Shown: positions 10,148 through 22,865 of the stretch, one piece after another
Layout: every line of letters starts with the position of its first letter
Numbering within the stretch: the stretch's first letter is position 1
Assembly (NCBI GenBank): GCA_017513085.1
Contig: JAFWDK010000025.1
Location: 1-24,985, forward strand
DNA: 24,985 bases
Reading direction: 5' to 3'
Source of the DNA: Clostridiales bacterium
GTDB lineage: Bacteria > Bacillota > Clostridia > Saccharofermentanales > Saccharofermentanaceae
Program-made: the position numbers and the translations under genes
The notes under the pieces: model-generated
Database searches by the model: none
What the model saw: only the letters and a program-made list of their open reading frames with translations
What the model was told of the DNA's origin: nothing

Positions 10148-10269
10148 ATCGCACACTCTCACATCTTCGTATTGTATTGTTCACCATTGTACATCCGAAG
10201 GAAAACAGTTGCAAACCAGATATAGATATTCTAAACTAATATCAAGATAAATAGAGGGGTTTTCGGCAT

Positions 10270-12285
10270 ATGGGCAAACGTAGTCGTGGAAGTGTTTGTA
10301 AAGCAATCTGTAAGATTCTGATCATTCTAATCGTTGTCCTGCTCTCCCCTATTCTTCTTCGTACAGAAGCATCTTCCGCATCCGCCGAAGAGATTTCCTA
10401 CCTTACCCGTCATGCACCTGTTTCCGGAATCGAAGGACACGAATTGGACATTTCCGCTGAAGGCAATTCTTCCTTCGAAGAGAACGAAGGAGAACCGGTC
10501 AACGATTCCGTCGAAGGATTCGTCAATCACATCTATACGACCATTCTTGAGCGTGACGCCGACAAAGATGGTAAAGCATTCTGGATCCAGGCCATTGAGA
10601 ACGGTAAAGTTAACGGTGCGGATTGTGCTTTGACTCTTCTTACCAGTTCTGAATTTCTCGAGAAGAGACTATCTTCTTCTCGTTTTCTGGATGTATTGTA
10701 TCTCTCGCTTCTTAACCGAGAATCCGACGAAGCCGGCAAGAAATACTGGCAGGGCGAACTGGATTCCAAGAGAATGAGCCGCAAGCAAGTCATCGAGTGT
10801 TTCCTTGACACGACAGAATGGTGCAATACCTGTGCAAGTTTCGGAGTATATGCCGGTGCGCCGAATGCTCATGCCACCCGTGCATCGAGCAATGCAACCG
10901 CTTTTGCGACGCGTCTTTATACCTGTTGCCTCAATCGCGAACCGGAATTGGACGGACTCCGTTACTGGAGCCTGGCACTGACCAATCTGGACAAGTCCGG
11001 TAAGGAAGCGGCACAGTTTTTCTTCGAATCGTCGGAATTTCTGTCATTCGGCACATCTAACCAAGAGTTCCTGACAAGACTATATACGACCTATATGGAC
11101 AGAGAACCGGAGAAAAACGGCATGGATTATTGGATGAATCAGATGAAGTCCGGGATGGGGCGTCATCAGGTGCTTTCGTATTTTTCTGATTCTCCCGAGT
11201 TTACATCGCTTTGCAAAAAGCACGGTCTGTATCGCGATCCGACCCCGACACCGACGCCTTCCGTCAAGTATGTGAATCTGGTTGCCGTAGGCGATAATCT
11301 CTATCACGATAAGATCATCAAGTCCGGCAGGCGAGGTGACGGTTCGTATAACTACGATTTTATCTATTCGAACATCAAGAGTTACATCTCGGAAATGGAT
11401 GTCAAGATCATCAATCAGGAAGTTCTCCTTACCGGCAATTCTTCACTTTGGTCCGGATATCCGAACTTCGCCTCTCCTCTTCAGGCTGGTCAGGCAGTCG
11501 TCAACGCCGGTTTTAATGTGGTTACCCATGCGACGAATCATAGCTGGGACAAGGGCCGTGATGTAGCGATGGAATCGATCGGCTTCTGGAAGAGCAATCC
11601 GGGGCTTCTGCTTACAGGTATGTATTCTTCCTGGCAGGATTACAATAGCCTGGTCATCGGCGAATATAACGGAATCAAGATCGCATTCCTGAATTATACT
11701 TATGGCCTGAACGGAAGGTCTCTGCCTCTGGATTCTCAGTATATGGTCAAGCTTTTAGACATCAACCTCGTCCGTTCCGAGATCCAGCGGGCAAGATCCC
11801 AGGCGGATATCGTAATCGTGCTTCCTCACTGGGGCGAAGAATATAAGACTTTTGCCAATCCTTATCAGAAGAACATGGCCATGCAGATGGCCGAAGCGGG
11901 CGCTGACCTGATCATCGGATGTCACCCGCACGTGATCCAGCCTCTGGAGATCCTTACGACCAGTAGTGGAAAGAAAGTTCCTTGCTACTATTCTCTTGGC
12001 AATTTCGTTTCCAATATGACCCAGTCCGAAAGATGTGTCGAAGCGATGGCCAGAGTACGTATCAAGAAGGAAAACGGCAGAGCTTCGATCGAGTGCGTGG
12101 AAGCTGTACCGCTCGTCAATTTCATAAACGCCGATAGCACCTATTATACGGTATATCCGGCAGAATACTATACAGATGACATAGCGAGAAGGCACCGCAA
12201 TACAGGTGTCACACCGGGCTTTGTCTGGTCATTCTGGAACCGGGTCTTCTCGGCCGGAAGCTATGCTTATCTGGGCAATGAATAA
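10270..12285 (+). CDS. DUF4214-repeat surface protein fused to a CapA/PgsA-like metallophosphoesterase domain
   Basis: N-terminal signal/TM; DUF4214-like repeats (IYTTILERDADKDGKAFW and others); PT linker; CapA motifs VGDNLYH, NQE, ATNHSWDKG, PHWGEE, GCHPHV, YSLGNF. Confidence 0.85.
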   Translation: MGKRSRGSVCKAICKILIILIVVLLSPILLRTEASSASAEEISYLTRHAPVSGIEGHELDISAEGNSSFEENEGEPVNDSVEGFVNHIYTTILERDADKDGKAFWIQAIENGKVNGADCALTLLTSSEFLEKRLSSSRFLDVLYLSLLNRESDEAGKKYWQGELDSKRMSRKQVIECFLDTTEWCNTCASFGVYAGAPNAHATRASSNATAFATRLYTCCLNREPELDGLRYWSLALTNLDKSGKEAAQFFFESSEFLSFGTSNQEFLTRLYTTYMDREPEKNGMDYWMNQMKSGMGRHQVLSYFSDSPEFTSLCKKHGLYRDPTPTPTPSVKYVNLVAVGDNLYHDKIIKSGRRGDGSYNYDFIYSNIKSYISEMDVKIINQEVLLTGNSSLWSGYPNFASPLQAGQAVVNAGFNVVTHATNHSWDKGRDVAMESIGFWKSNPGLLLTGMYSSWQDYNSLVIGEYNGIKIAFLNYTYGLNGRSLPLDSQYMVKLLDINLVRSEIQRARSQADIVIVLPHWGEEYKTFANPYQKNMAMQMAEAGADLIIGCHPHVIQPLEILTTSSGKKVPCYYSLGNFVSNMTQSERCVEAMARVRIKKENGRASIECVEAVPLVNFINADSTYYTVYPAEYYTDDIARRHRNTGVTPGFVWSFWNRVFSAGSYAYLGNE

Positions 12286-12298
12286 AGAAGGAAAATAC

Positions 12299-13669
12299 AT
12301 GAAGATCAATAAACTCCTGGCAGGTGTGGGCGTCTGCCTCTTAGTAGCCGGTGGAACCTATCTCATCATCAGATCCGTAACCGGAAAGGACAATCAGGAC
12401 GAAGAAAAGCCTTCTTCTGTTTCCTCGTCTATCTCTTCAGAAGCGGAAGGTTCTTCTTCCGAGACATCTAACTCAATCCAAACATCTGATACATCAGCAG
12501 ACGAAACCACGGTGTCTTCCCTTCCTGAGACTTTGCCGTCCGAAGAAGGCGTGGACTATATCGATGCAGTTTTTCTCGGTGTAAACGATTACGGAGCCGA
12601 TCAAACTAAGAAAGAAAATGCTTCTTCTTTCTATTACCGTTTCCGCGTCAATGGCGCCGAACAGCTGCTTGCCATCGACAATTCAAGTCTGGATGAAAAC
12701 GGTAAGCCTGCCTACCCGATTCAGAACAAACTGAAAGAAGGCTATGCCTATACGCTTTCCGTCAAAGATAACATCATTATCGATGTGCGCGAACTTCCAT
12801 GCGAAGATGAGATATCGTATCACCCGGTAGTTTCCGGAAATCCCGGAGAGAGAACCGTAATGAACTTTATCAAGACATCTCTGATGCCTGTTGGAACTTC
12901 CCTTTATGTTTTCGGAGGAGGATGGGACTGGCAGGATACCGGAAGCGCGATCCAGGCAAGAACACTGGGTGTCTCCGACGATTGGGTACGTTTTTTCAAC
13001 CAGCAGGACGAAAACTATACGTTCCGTGATGTGGACAATGATCCTTCCAAGCGCGATCCGAAGACCAGTTACTATCCTTTCGGAGGTTTTAACGAGTATT
13101 ACTATGCGGGCCTAGACTGTTCCGGTTTTGTGGGCTGGGTCACGTATAACACTTTTGAAACCGAAAACGGTCGTCCCGGCTATGTCTGTTCTTCCACCAA
13201 AATGGCAAAAAGAATGGCGGACGAATACGGCTGGGGTGCTTTTTCCAAAGAAGCAGCGCCGACAGCAGAGAACAAACTCCGTCCCGGCGACGTGGTCAGC
13301 ATGAAGGGACATGTGTGGATCTCTTTGGGAACTTGCGCGGACGGAAGTGTCGTGATCGTGCACTCCACCAACGGATATGTCAGCCGAAAAGGCCAGCCCG
13401 GCGGCGGAGTAGCCATCGGCGCCATCGGCCGTTCAAAGGAATGCGAAGCTTACAAACTGGCTGACTACTATATGTCAACATTCTACCCGGAATGGTATCG
13501 CCGTTATTCGGTCTCGCTAAGCGATCCGGACAAATACTACAACATGGAAGCGGATACCGCAGGACGGTTCACCTGGGATACTTCTTCTCCGCAAGGGCTT
13601 TCCGACGATCTGGGCGCACAGGACATGACACCGGAACAGATCCTGAAATACTGTTTTGGAGAAAAGTAA
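12299..13669 (+). CDS. Membrane-anchored NlpC/P60-like cysteine peptidase (putative cell-wall hydrolase)
   Basis: Start MKINKLLAG with one TM and a Ser-rich linker; YVFGGGW, GLDCSGFVGW (Cys), LRPGDVV, GHVWI (His). Confidence 0.75.
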   Translation: MKINKLLAGVGVCLLVAGGTYLIIRSVTGKDNQDEEKPSSVSSSISSEAEGSSSETSNSIQTSDTSADETTVSSLPETLPSEEGVDYIDAVFLGVNDYGADQTKKENASSFYYRFRVNGAEQLLAIDNSSLDENGKPAYPIQNKLKEGYAYTLSVKDNIIIDVRELPCEDEISYHPVVSGNPGERTVMNFIKTSLMPVGTSLYVFGGGWDWQDTGSAIQARTLGVSDDWVRFFNQQDENYTFRDVDNDPSKRDPKTSYYPFGGFNEYYYAGLDCSGFVGWVTYNTFETENGRPGYVCSSTKMAKRMADEYGWGAFSKEAAPTAENKLRPGDVVSMKGHVWISLGTCADGSVVIVHSTNGYVSRKGQPGGGVAIGAIGRSKECEAYKLADYYMSTFYPEWYRRYSVSLSDPDKYYNMEADTAGRFTWDTSSPQGLSDDLGAQDMTPEQILKYCFGEK

Positions 13670-13673
13670 ACGG

Positions 13674-15992
13674 TTATTTGTCGTCCAGACTTCTTTCGAT
13701 CTTTTCGATCTGCTCATTCACCTGATCCTTTACACGATCGAACAGCCATGTGAAGAACTGGATGATCAGGAATTCCACCAGCGCGAAGGATAAGAATATG
13801 ATCCATTCTTGTTTGGTCAAAGAACTGATCATGTAGATATTTCTTGTTAGTGGAATGAGGTTGCACAGAACAAAGCCTCCGATAGCGATTCCTACAACTA
13901 TGGAGCGGTAGAGGTTAAATGGACGCGCCACATGCAGGAGAATAAGGACAGCGGCAAGTTCAAGCATATAAAGACTGATCATGCCGACACTTGTGTTGGA
14001 AAGATGATTGGCCTCTCCAACAACGACCAATATGGCTATCGAGACAAATGCCGTCAAAGCGGCCGGCCCCGCAGTCAGTAGCGTCTTTTTGAAAAAGCTT
14101 ATCTTCTGTTTTCGGATATTCGTTTCCAATGAAAGTAAAAAGGCCGGAATTCCGATATTAAATGTAGTTACGATGGAAAGATGAGACGGGACCAGCGGAT
14201 AGTTAAATACCGCCAGGATGGAAAATACCGCCAGAAGGAATGAAAAGATATTCTTAAACAAGAACAGCGTCGCGGAACGGGTAATGTTGTTGATGATCTG
14301 TCTTCCGCGGGATACGATGTACTTCATGCGGGAAAAATCCGAATCCAGAAGGACTACCTGAGCCGCCTGTCTGGCAGCATCACTTCCTGAACCCATCGCG
14401 ATCGAGCAATCCGCTTCTTTCATGGCCAGGATATCGTTGACACCATCACCGGTCATCGCAACTTTCAACTTCTGTTTCTTCAATGCGAGAACGATGCTCT
14501 TCTTCTGTTCCGGTTTCACTCGTCCGAATACCGTATATTTCTTGACTGCTTCTTCGATATCCTCATCTGTAGCCAGCGTCGTGGCATCGACATACTCGTC
14601 CGCATGAGGGATTCCGACAGAACATGCGATCTTGGATACCGTCACCGGATTGTCTCCGGAGATGACCTTGACGCGCACACCCTGACGCTTAAAGTATGTA
14701 AATGTCTCCGGGGCATTCTTACGTATGCCATTCTTCAGCACGACAAAAAGAAGCGGAACATTTCTCTGTTCTTCATCTACCTTAACAAAGACAAGAACAC
14801 GAAGACCTTGTTCGGCACGTTCTTCAATCATGGGGCCGCATGTTTTCATGTCATCTTCAGAAAGAAGGATATCCGGCGCGCCAAGGCGGTACATCGTTCC
14901 GTCGGTTTCCACCTGAGAATACTTCAGTTTAGAAGTGAACGGGATAACATCGGCATTTTGAAAAGCTTCACCCTCGCCGAAGAACTCTTTCATCGCCGTC
15001 ATCGTGATATTTCCATCATCCACGGTTTGGATATACCGCGTCAGGAGCGCTTGTTCCGAAGAAGGATCATCGCCTTCCGGCAAGAAGACCTCGGTGACGC
15101 TCATCTCGTTAGAAGTGATCGTACCGGTCTTATCTACGCAGAGTACGTCAACACGTGCCAGTGTTTCGATACTTCTCATATCGTGAAGGAGCACCATCTT
15201 TTGAGCCAGGAACATCGCACCGAGAGCAAGAGCCACAGTAAGCAAGAGATAAAGGCCCTCAGGGATCAATCCGATAATGGCGCCGACCATAGAAACGATA
15301 GCCTCGCTGACAGTCTTGTGATTCAGCGTAACTGCTTCCACATAAAGCGCAATAGCGATCGGGATAATAACGATACCGGCCACTTCGATGACCAGCTCGA
15401 TATTCTTGACCATGTCTGATTTCTTATTCTTGATCTCCTTGGCTTTTGTCGTAAGCTGTGCGGCATAACAGTCGCTTCCTACAGCCGTAAGTTTTGCCTT
15501 GCCTTTTCCTGAAACGACAAAGCTTCCCGACATCAGAGTACTGCCGTCAATCTTTTCGATCTCGTCTTCCTCACCGGTCAGAAGCGCCTCGTTGACATTC
15601 AGCGTACCCTCACAGAGCGTGCCGTCTGCCGGTATCTGCTGTCCGCCTTCGAGAAAGATCACATCTCCGATCTCCAGCTCGTCCATCGGCACGGTCATTT
15701 CTTTTCCCTCACGTTCCACCGTGTAGGAAGCCTGCGCCAAAACATTGAGTTTATCGAGAACTTTCTTAGAGCGAAGCTGCTGGAAAATACCGATGCCCAT
15801 ATTGGCAATAATGATCGGCAGGAATGTAAGGCTCCGATAAGATTTGGCAATCAGGAGCAATACCGTGATAATAGCAAAAACCAGGTTAAAATATGTAAAA
15901 ACGTTCTTTCGGATAATCGAAAAAACTGTATCTTCCGAATTGATATTCGCCGTATGTCTTCTACGTGAACTTATGTTATGATCCTTATTCAA
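13674..15992 (-). CDS. Cation-transporting P-type ATPase (HAD-IC, CtpE-like)
   Basis: LTGE, IPEGL, DKTGT phosphorylation site, ISGDN, MTGDGVND, multiple TMs. Confidence 0.93.
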   Translation of the reverse strand: MNKDHNISSRRRHTANINSEDTVFSIIRKNVFTYFNLVFAIITVLLLIAKSYRSLTFLPIIIANMGIGIFQQLRSKKVLDKLNVLAQASYTVEREGKEMTVPMDELEIGDVIFLEGGQQIPADGTLCEGTLNVNEALLTGEEDEIEKIDGSTLMSGSFVVSGKGKAKLTAVGSDCYAAQLTTKAKEIKNKKSDMVKNIELVIEVAGIVIIPIAIALYVEAVTLNHKTVSEAIVSMVGAIIGLIPEGLYLLLTVALALGAMFLAQKMVLLHDMRSIETLARVDVLCVDKTGTITSNEMSVTEVFLPEGDDPSSEQALLTRYIQTVDDGNITMTAMKEFFGEGEAFQNADVIPFTSKLKYSQVETDGTMYRLGAPDILLSEDDMKTCGPMIEERAEQGLRVLVFVKVDEEQRNVPLLFVVLKNGIRKNAPETFTYFKRQGVRVKVISGDNPVTVSKIACSVGIPHADEYVDATTLATDEDIEEAVKKYTVFGRVKPEQKKSIVLALKKQKLKVAMTGDGVNDILAMKEADCSIAMGSGSDAARQAAQVVLLDSDFSRMKYIVSRGRQIINNITRSATLFLFKNIFSFLLAVFSILAVFNYPLVPSHLSIVTTFNIGIPAFLLSLETNIRKQKISFFKKTLLTAGPAALTAFVSIAILVVVGEANHLSNTSVGMISLYMLELAAVLILLHVARPFNLYRSIVVGIAIGGFVLCNLIPLTRNIYMISSLTKQEWIIFLSFALVEFLIIQFFTWLFDRVKDQVNEQIEKIERSLDDK

Positions 15993-16047
15993 TGTCTTTT
16001 TCTCTTCTTTTCATAATATATATGTTATTACGTATCGTATCATACCG

Positions 16048-16082
16048 AAAAGCTCTCCGCTTCGCAATACGAAACGGAGAGC
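16048..16082 (-). terminator. Intrinsic terminator of the dnaK operon
   Basis: Minus strand: GCTCTCCGTTTCG-tattg-CGAAGCGGAGAGC followed by TTTT, about 50 nt after the dnaJ stop. Confidence 0.8.
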
Positions 16083-16133
16083 CTTAATACAATCTTTAGC
16101 TTTTCCGGTTACAGGAAGTTCTACTGAAGCGAC

Positions 16134-17264
16134 TTATTTTCCAAACATGCTCTTGACCCGGTCGAAGAAGCTGCCCCGCTTCTGGTAATTCTTCTCCGTC
16201 AGAGTCGAATCGAAAGAACGAAGCTTGTTTTTCTGGTCGTCCGTCAGTTTTACAGGCACTTCAATAATGAATCGTACTGTATGGTCGCCACGCACACCGG
16301 CTCTGTTCTTAAACGGAATACCCTTGCCTCGAAGCGTCAGCGTGTCGCCCGGCTGGGTTCCTTCTTTCACATGTACGGTCTGCTCACCATCGATCGTCAC
16401 CACATTCACATCGGCGCCCAGAGCAGCCTGGGTAAATGTGATCGGCACTTCGCAATAGGTGTTGTTGCCCTGTCTCTGAAGGATCGGATGCGGCTTTACA
16501 CGGAACTGGATATAAAGTGTACCATACGGACCGCCACGTGTGCCCGGCTCACCTTCGCCGGAGATCGGGAGCATATCTCCCGTATCCACACCGGCAGGAA
16601 TGTGGACCTTCAGTTCTTTTCGAATAACAGCACGGCCACGGCCACGGCAGTTCGGACACGGATTCTTGATCACAGTACCACGGCCGTTACAAGCCGGACA
16701 GTCACGCGTCACCATCGTCATACCGAAGAGAGTCTGTGTCTGTTGCTGGATACGTCCGCTACCACGGCAGGTCGGACAGGTTTCCGGATTGGAACCGGCC
16801 GCTGCGCCGGAGCCCTTACAAACGCCGCAGATGTCTTCCTTGTTGATCGTAATGGTCTTATCGACACCAAACGCCGCCTCCATAAAATCCAGCGACATAT
16901 TGTACTTAAGATCTGCGCCACGCTGCGGACCATTGTTTCTTCTTCCGCCGCCGCCAAAAGCACCGCCGAAGAAAGATCCGAAGATATCGCCAAGGTCCAC
17001 GGCTGTTCCGTTAAATCCGGAGAAGCCCTGACCATCTACGCCGGCATGACCAAACTGGTCGTAAGCACGGCGCTTGTCCGCATCGGAAAGCACTGCATAG
17101 GCCTCGTTGCACTCTTTGAACTTGGCTTCCGCTTCCTTATCACCTGGATGAAGGTCCGGGTGATACTGCTTCGCCATCTTTCGGTAGGCTTTCTTTAATT
17201 CTTCATCGGAGACACCTTTGTTGACTCCTAAAACCTCATAATAATCGCGCTTTTGCTCAGCCAA
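16134..17264 (-). CDS. dnaJ: Chaperone DnaJ
   Basis: J-domain with HPD, G/F region, four CxxCxGxG motifs; TTG start after an AAGGAGG RBS. Confidence 0.98.
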   Translation of the reverse strand: MAEQKRDYYEVLGVNKGVSDEELKKAYRKMAKQYHPDLHPGDKEAEAKFKECNEAYAVLSDADKRRAYDQFGHAGVDGQGFSGFNGTAVDLGDIFGSFFGGAFGGGGRRNNGPQRGADLKYNMSLDFMEAAFGVDKTITINKEDICGVCKGSGAAAGSNPETCPTCRGSGRIQQQTQTLFGMTMVTRDCPACNGRGTVIKNPCPNCRGRGRAVIRKELKVHIPAGVDTGDMLPISGEGEPGTRGGPYGTLYIQFRVKPHPILQRQGNNTYCEVPITFTQAALGADVNVVTIDGEQTVHVKEGTQPGDTLTLRGKGIPFKNRAGVRGDHTVRFIIEVPVKLTDDQKNKLRSFDSTLTEKNYQKRGSFFDRVKSMFGK

Positions 17265-17293
17265 AGCTTCTTCCTCCTTGTTAGTAGCAACGG

Positions 17294-17322
17294 GAGGCTG
17301 TCACGAAATCACGCGCAGCCTC
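17294..17322 (-). other. Intercistronic hairpin between dnaK and dnaJ
   Basis: GAGGCTG...CAGCCTC inverted repeat with no strong U-tract; possible mRNA stabiliser or attenuator. Confidence 0.45.
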
Positions 17323-17379
17323 ACCATCACGTACATCTTTTTTCTTTAGATGAGGTTATCTTGTTTAACCTCTACAGGA

Positions 17380-19873
<2,494 letters not shown>

Positions 19874-19914
19874 AATGTTAACTCCTTTTCATTAGATATA
19901 TTTTCGATTACTCG

Positions 19915-20511
19915 TCAGTTTGCTACTTTAACTACCGTGTGGCGGATAACTTTACCTTTGCAGGTATATCCCTTCTGGAACACCTGTGCGATCTCCTGTT
20001 CTCCAAGAGAGTCATCTTCCACATGCATTACGGCTTCGTGAAGGTTCGGATCGAAGCTTGTACCTTCTTTTCCTTCGATCTCCTCGACACCCAGCTTACC
20101 CAGGACACTTCCTGCCTGCTTGCCGATCAGCTTGATACCCTCGGCGACCTTCTCAACAGAAGATTCATCCATATTCTCGGAAGAAGCCACGGCACGCTCG
20201 ATATCGTCTACCAAAGGAAGCCACTCTTTAACCACTTCTGCCACAGCATCCGCGTAGATCGCTTCTTTCTCCTTCTGTGTACGTCTTCTGAAATTATCAT
20301 ACTCGGCCAGAAGTCTCATGTAACGGTCCTTCATCTCAGCAAGTTCCGCATCTTTACTATCTTCTTCAGACGTCTCCTCGGATCCTTCCGACCCTTCATC
20401 TTCCGGAAACTCCAGAACATCTTCATCGGAAGACTCTTGCTCTTCCGTTTCCTTGTTCTCTTCCGGGAGCTCTACGTCAAGCTCTTCGTCTTTTTCATGT
20501 TTCTTCTTCAT
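19915..20511 (-). CDS. grpE: Nucleotide exchange factor GrpE
   Basis: Acidic N-terminus, RLLAEYDNFRRRT, FDPNLHEAV, QKGY...VIRH..VKVAN. Confidence 0.97.
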   Translation of the reverse strand: MKKKHEKDEELDVELPEENKETEEQESSDEDVLEFPEDEGSEGSEETSEEDSKDAELAEMKDRYMRLLAEYDNFRRRTQKEKEAIYADAVAEVVKEWLPLVDDIERAVASSENMDESSVEKVAEGIKLIGKQAGSVLGKLGVEEIEGKEGTSFDPNLHEAVMHVEDDSLGEQEIAQVFQKGYTCKGKVIRHTVVKVAN

Positions 20512-20536
20512 TTCCTAGCCTCTTTTCCTATTGCTA

Positions 20537-21580
20537 TTATTGTTTCAACTTCTCATCAAGCATCATACGCACAAAATTGATCTGCGAAATGACCTTACTG
20601 TATTCCATTCTCTTCGGTCCGATGACCCCGATGTTTCCGGCCACCTTCCCGCCAACGTTATATGTCGTCGTGATAAAGCTGCAATCATCCAGACCCTCGA
20701 GCGTGATCTCCTGGCCGATCCGGATCATGTACTCTTTCTTCTCATCCTGCTTGGTAACTTCATCAACGTATCCCGCTACCAGACCGTCATGCGAAAGCGT
20801 ATCGAAAAGCCCTTGCGCCCGCTTCGTATCGGAGAACTCCGGGAGGGACAGCATCCTGTGCTTGCCCTGCATATACACGTCCAGGTTATCCGCCTGCTTG
20901 ATCGCCGTATACGCCTCGTAAAGCACTTGATTCAGCAGTGCTTCCGGAAGCTCGACTTTCTGGTTGTCTTTTGCCGCCGTAGCGACCGTGATCAATGAGA
21001 TTTCAGAAAGAGGAAGTCCGCTTAATCCCTGTTCCACAGCGTTGGAGATCTGCGCGATCTGTTCCTGTGTCAGAAAATCCGGTATACGGACCATACGGTT
21101 CTTCACGACGCCGGCCGAAAGCACAACGACCACCAGGACCTTACCCGGTTCGATCATGAGCATCTTCAGCTGAGTCAGATAACTGCTGGTAAGCTTCGGA
21201 GTCATCGCAAGGGAAATATAACCGGTCTGATCTGCCAATGCAGTAGAAGCCGCCTTCAGAAGCTCCGCGATCTCATCAAAGCTGACACTCAGCTTCTCTT
21301 TGATCTCTTTCCCTTCCGCATCAGAGAGACGGTCGACCTTCATGAGGGAATTTACATATTCGCGATAGCCCTTGTCCGAAGGTATACGGCCGGCAGATGT
21401 ATGCGGCTGCTCAAGATAGCCCATGCGCTCCAGTTCCGCCATATCATTACGAAGAGTCGCGGAACTGACCATAAAATCATGGCGATCGATCAAAGCCTTG
21501 GAACCGACAGGCTCACATGTGGCTACATAATCATCCACAATAGCCTGGAGCACTTCTTTCTTACGATTGTCTAAAGCCAT
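20537..21580 (-). CDS. hrcA: Heat-inducible transcription repressor HrcA
   Basis: LDNRKKEVLQAIVDDY, PVGSK, SATLRNDMAELE, QPHTSAGRIPSDKGYR, GVIGPKRMEY; ATG at 21580 after AAGGAGG. Confidence 0.97.
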   Translation of the reverse strand: MALDNRKKEVLQAIVDDYVATCEPVGSKALIDRHDFMVSSATLRNDMAELERMGYLEQPHTSAGRIPSDKGYREYVNSLMKVDRLSDAEGKEIKEKLSVSFDEIAELLKAASTALADQTGYISLAMTPKLTSSYLTQLKMLMIEPGKVLVVVVLSAGVVKNRMVRIPDFLTQEQIAQISNAVEQGLSGLPLSEISLITVATAAKDNQKVELPEALLNQVLYEAYTAIKQADNLDVYMQGKHRMLSLPEFSDTKRAQGLFDTLSHDGLVAGYVDEVTKQDEKKEYMIRIGQEITLEGLDDCSFITTTYNVGGKVAGNIGVIGPKRMEYSKVISQINFVRMMLDEKLKQ

Positions 21581-21615
21581 GTCCGCACCTCCTTCGCCTT
21601 GTGTCAAAGTACGGT

Positions 21616-21642
21616 TTAGCACTCTACCTTTCTGAGTGCTAA
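21616..21642. promoter_or_regulatory. CIRCE operator
   Basis: Perfect consensus TTAGCACTC-N9-GAGTGCTAA. Confidence 0.98.
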
Positions 21643-21646
21643 ACCA

Positions 21647-21675
21647 ATCATATACTTAAAGTCAAAGAATGTCAA
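21647..21675 (-). promoter_or_regulatory. SigmaA promoter of the hrcA operon
   Basis: TTGACA-N17-TATGAT on the minus strand, immediately upstream of CIRCE. Confidence 0.9.
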
Positions 21676-21772
21676 TCAAAAAGACAAAGCTTTTTCTCAA
21701 TCTTTATAAAACTACGTATCAGAGTACTTTTCGGATGGATTTTGCGGGAAGATAAACCGTTAATATTTTAAC

Positions 21773-22252
21773 TTAGAGTCCCTCAGCCCAAGTCTTCAGC
21801 TCAGATTCTGAAGCATCCGGCTTAAAAAGTTTCGCGTCCACAACTTCAGCAGACTCCGAAACATACGCTTTTAACTTTTCTGCTGTTTTTCCGATCCCGC
21901 TGCCTCCGGACGTTGCAAAAGCCGCAATCTTCTTTCCTGCGGTATCGTATCCCTTAATGAAAGTATTGACTACGTTCGGCGCGCAACCGTACCAGATCGG
22001 GAACCCCAGAAGGATCAGATCGTAGCCGGCAAAGTTCTCGACTTTGCCCGCCACCGGGACATCCTTCTTGCCGAACTTTTCTTTATTACAACGCGAGACA
22101 GGATTGGTCCAGCGGATATCCGCCTTCGTATATGGCACCTCCGGCACGATCTCGAAAATATCCGCACCTATGGAATCCGCAAGTCTCTTGGCCACTTTCT
22201 CTGTGACTCTCCGTTCACTTGCGGTAAAATATGCAACTAAAACCTTTGCCAT
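21773..22252 (-). CDS. Flavodoxin-like protein
   Basis: KVLVAYFTAS, YDLILLGFPIWYG, FATSGGSG. Confidence 0.88.
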   Translation of the reverse strand: MAKVLVAYFTASERRVTEKVAKRLADSIGADIFEIVPEVPYTKADIRWTNPVSRCNKEKFGKKDVPVAGKVENFAGYDLILLGFPIWYGCAPNVVNTFIKGYDTAGKKIAAFATSGGSGIGKTAEKLKAYVSESAEVVDAKLFKPDASESELKTWAEGL

Positions 22253-22278
22253 ACGATTCTCCCCTCGCGCAACTCTTG

Positions 22279-22830
22279 TTATTTCAGTTTTGCCCCGTCT
22301 TTAAAAGCATCGGCCACTTTTGCGCCGATTGCTACATATGCATTGTTCGCAGGGTCAAATGCAATCGGACGTAGTTTGGCCATGTCGATCTTTCCGTTCG
22401 TAACAACGCTTTCGTCGGCAGACACATTCACGATCTCGCCGATCAGGATCCCGTCCTCGAAGCTCTTCACCTTGCACTCCAGTGCCATCGGCAGCTCGTC
22501 GATCAAAGGCGCATTGACGAAAGTGCTTCTCGTAGCGTGAAAACCGGCACGTGCGAACTTGTCCGGAACCTCCCGAGCCGAGACGATGCCCACATAATCA
22601 CAGGCCACCACCTGTTCTTCCGTCGCCATGCTCACGGTAAAAGCACCATTTATTGCGAGATTATCTGTTGTTTTATGTTCACCGAGACTGATCGTGATCT
22701 CGTTAAAATCCGTCGTGATTCCCCACGCCGCATTCATCGCATCCGGTACCCCGCTTGCATCGTACGTCGCAATGATCAGCACCGGTTGCGGCACCATGAT
22801 CGGCTTCGCTCCAAAATCCACTCTACTCAT
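22279..22830 (-). CDS. Flavin reductase-like (flavoredoxin-type) FMN-binding protein
   Basis: PQPVLIIATY, DAMNAAWG, DYVGIVS, APLIDELPMALECK, GEIVNV; ATG at 22830 after AGGAGG. Confidence 0.85.
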   Translation of the reverse strand: MSRVDFGAKPIMVPQPVLIIATYDASGVPDAMNAAWGITTDFNEITISLGEHKTTDNLAINGAFTVSMATEEQVVACDYVGIVSAREVPDKFARAGFHATRSTFVNAPLIDELPMALECKVKSFEDGILIGEIVNVSADESVVTNGKIDMAKLRPIAFDPANNAYVAIGAKVADAFKDGAKLK

Positions 22831-22865
22831 AGATAAATCCTCCTGCACAGGAAATAATTATTTAG

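Noticed and set aside
16281-17198. 305-aa ORF antisense to dnaJ, and similar antisense ORFs over prmA, the ATPase, grpE and hrcA
   Set aside because: They fully overlap conserved genes and show no recognisable motifs
21581-21622. Extended hrcA start given by the ORF track
   Set aside because: It overlaps CIRCE; the ATG at 21580 has a strong RBS and matches the HrcA N-terminus
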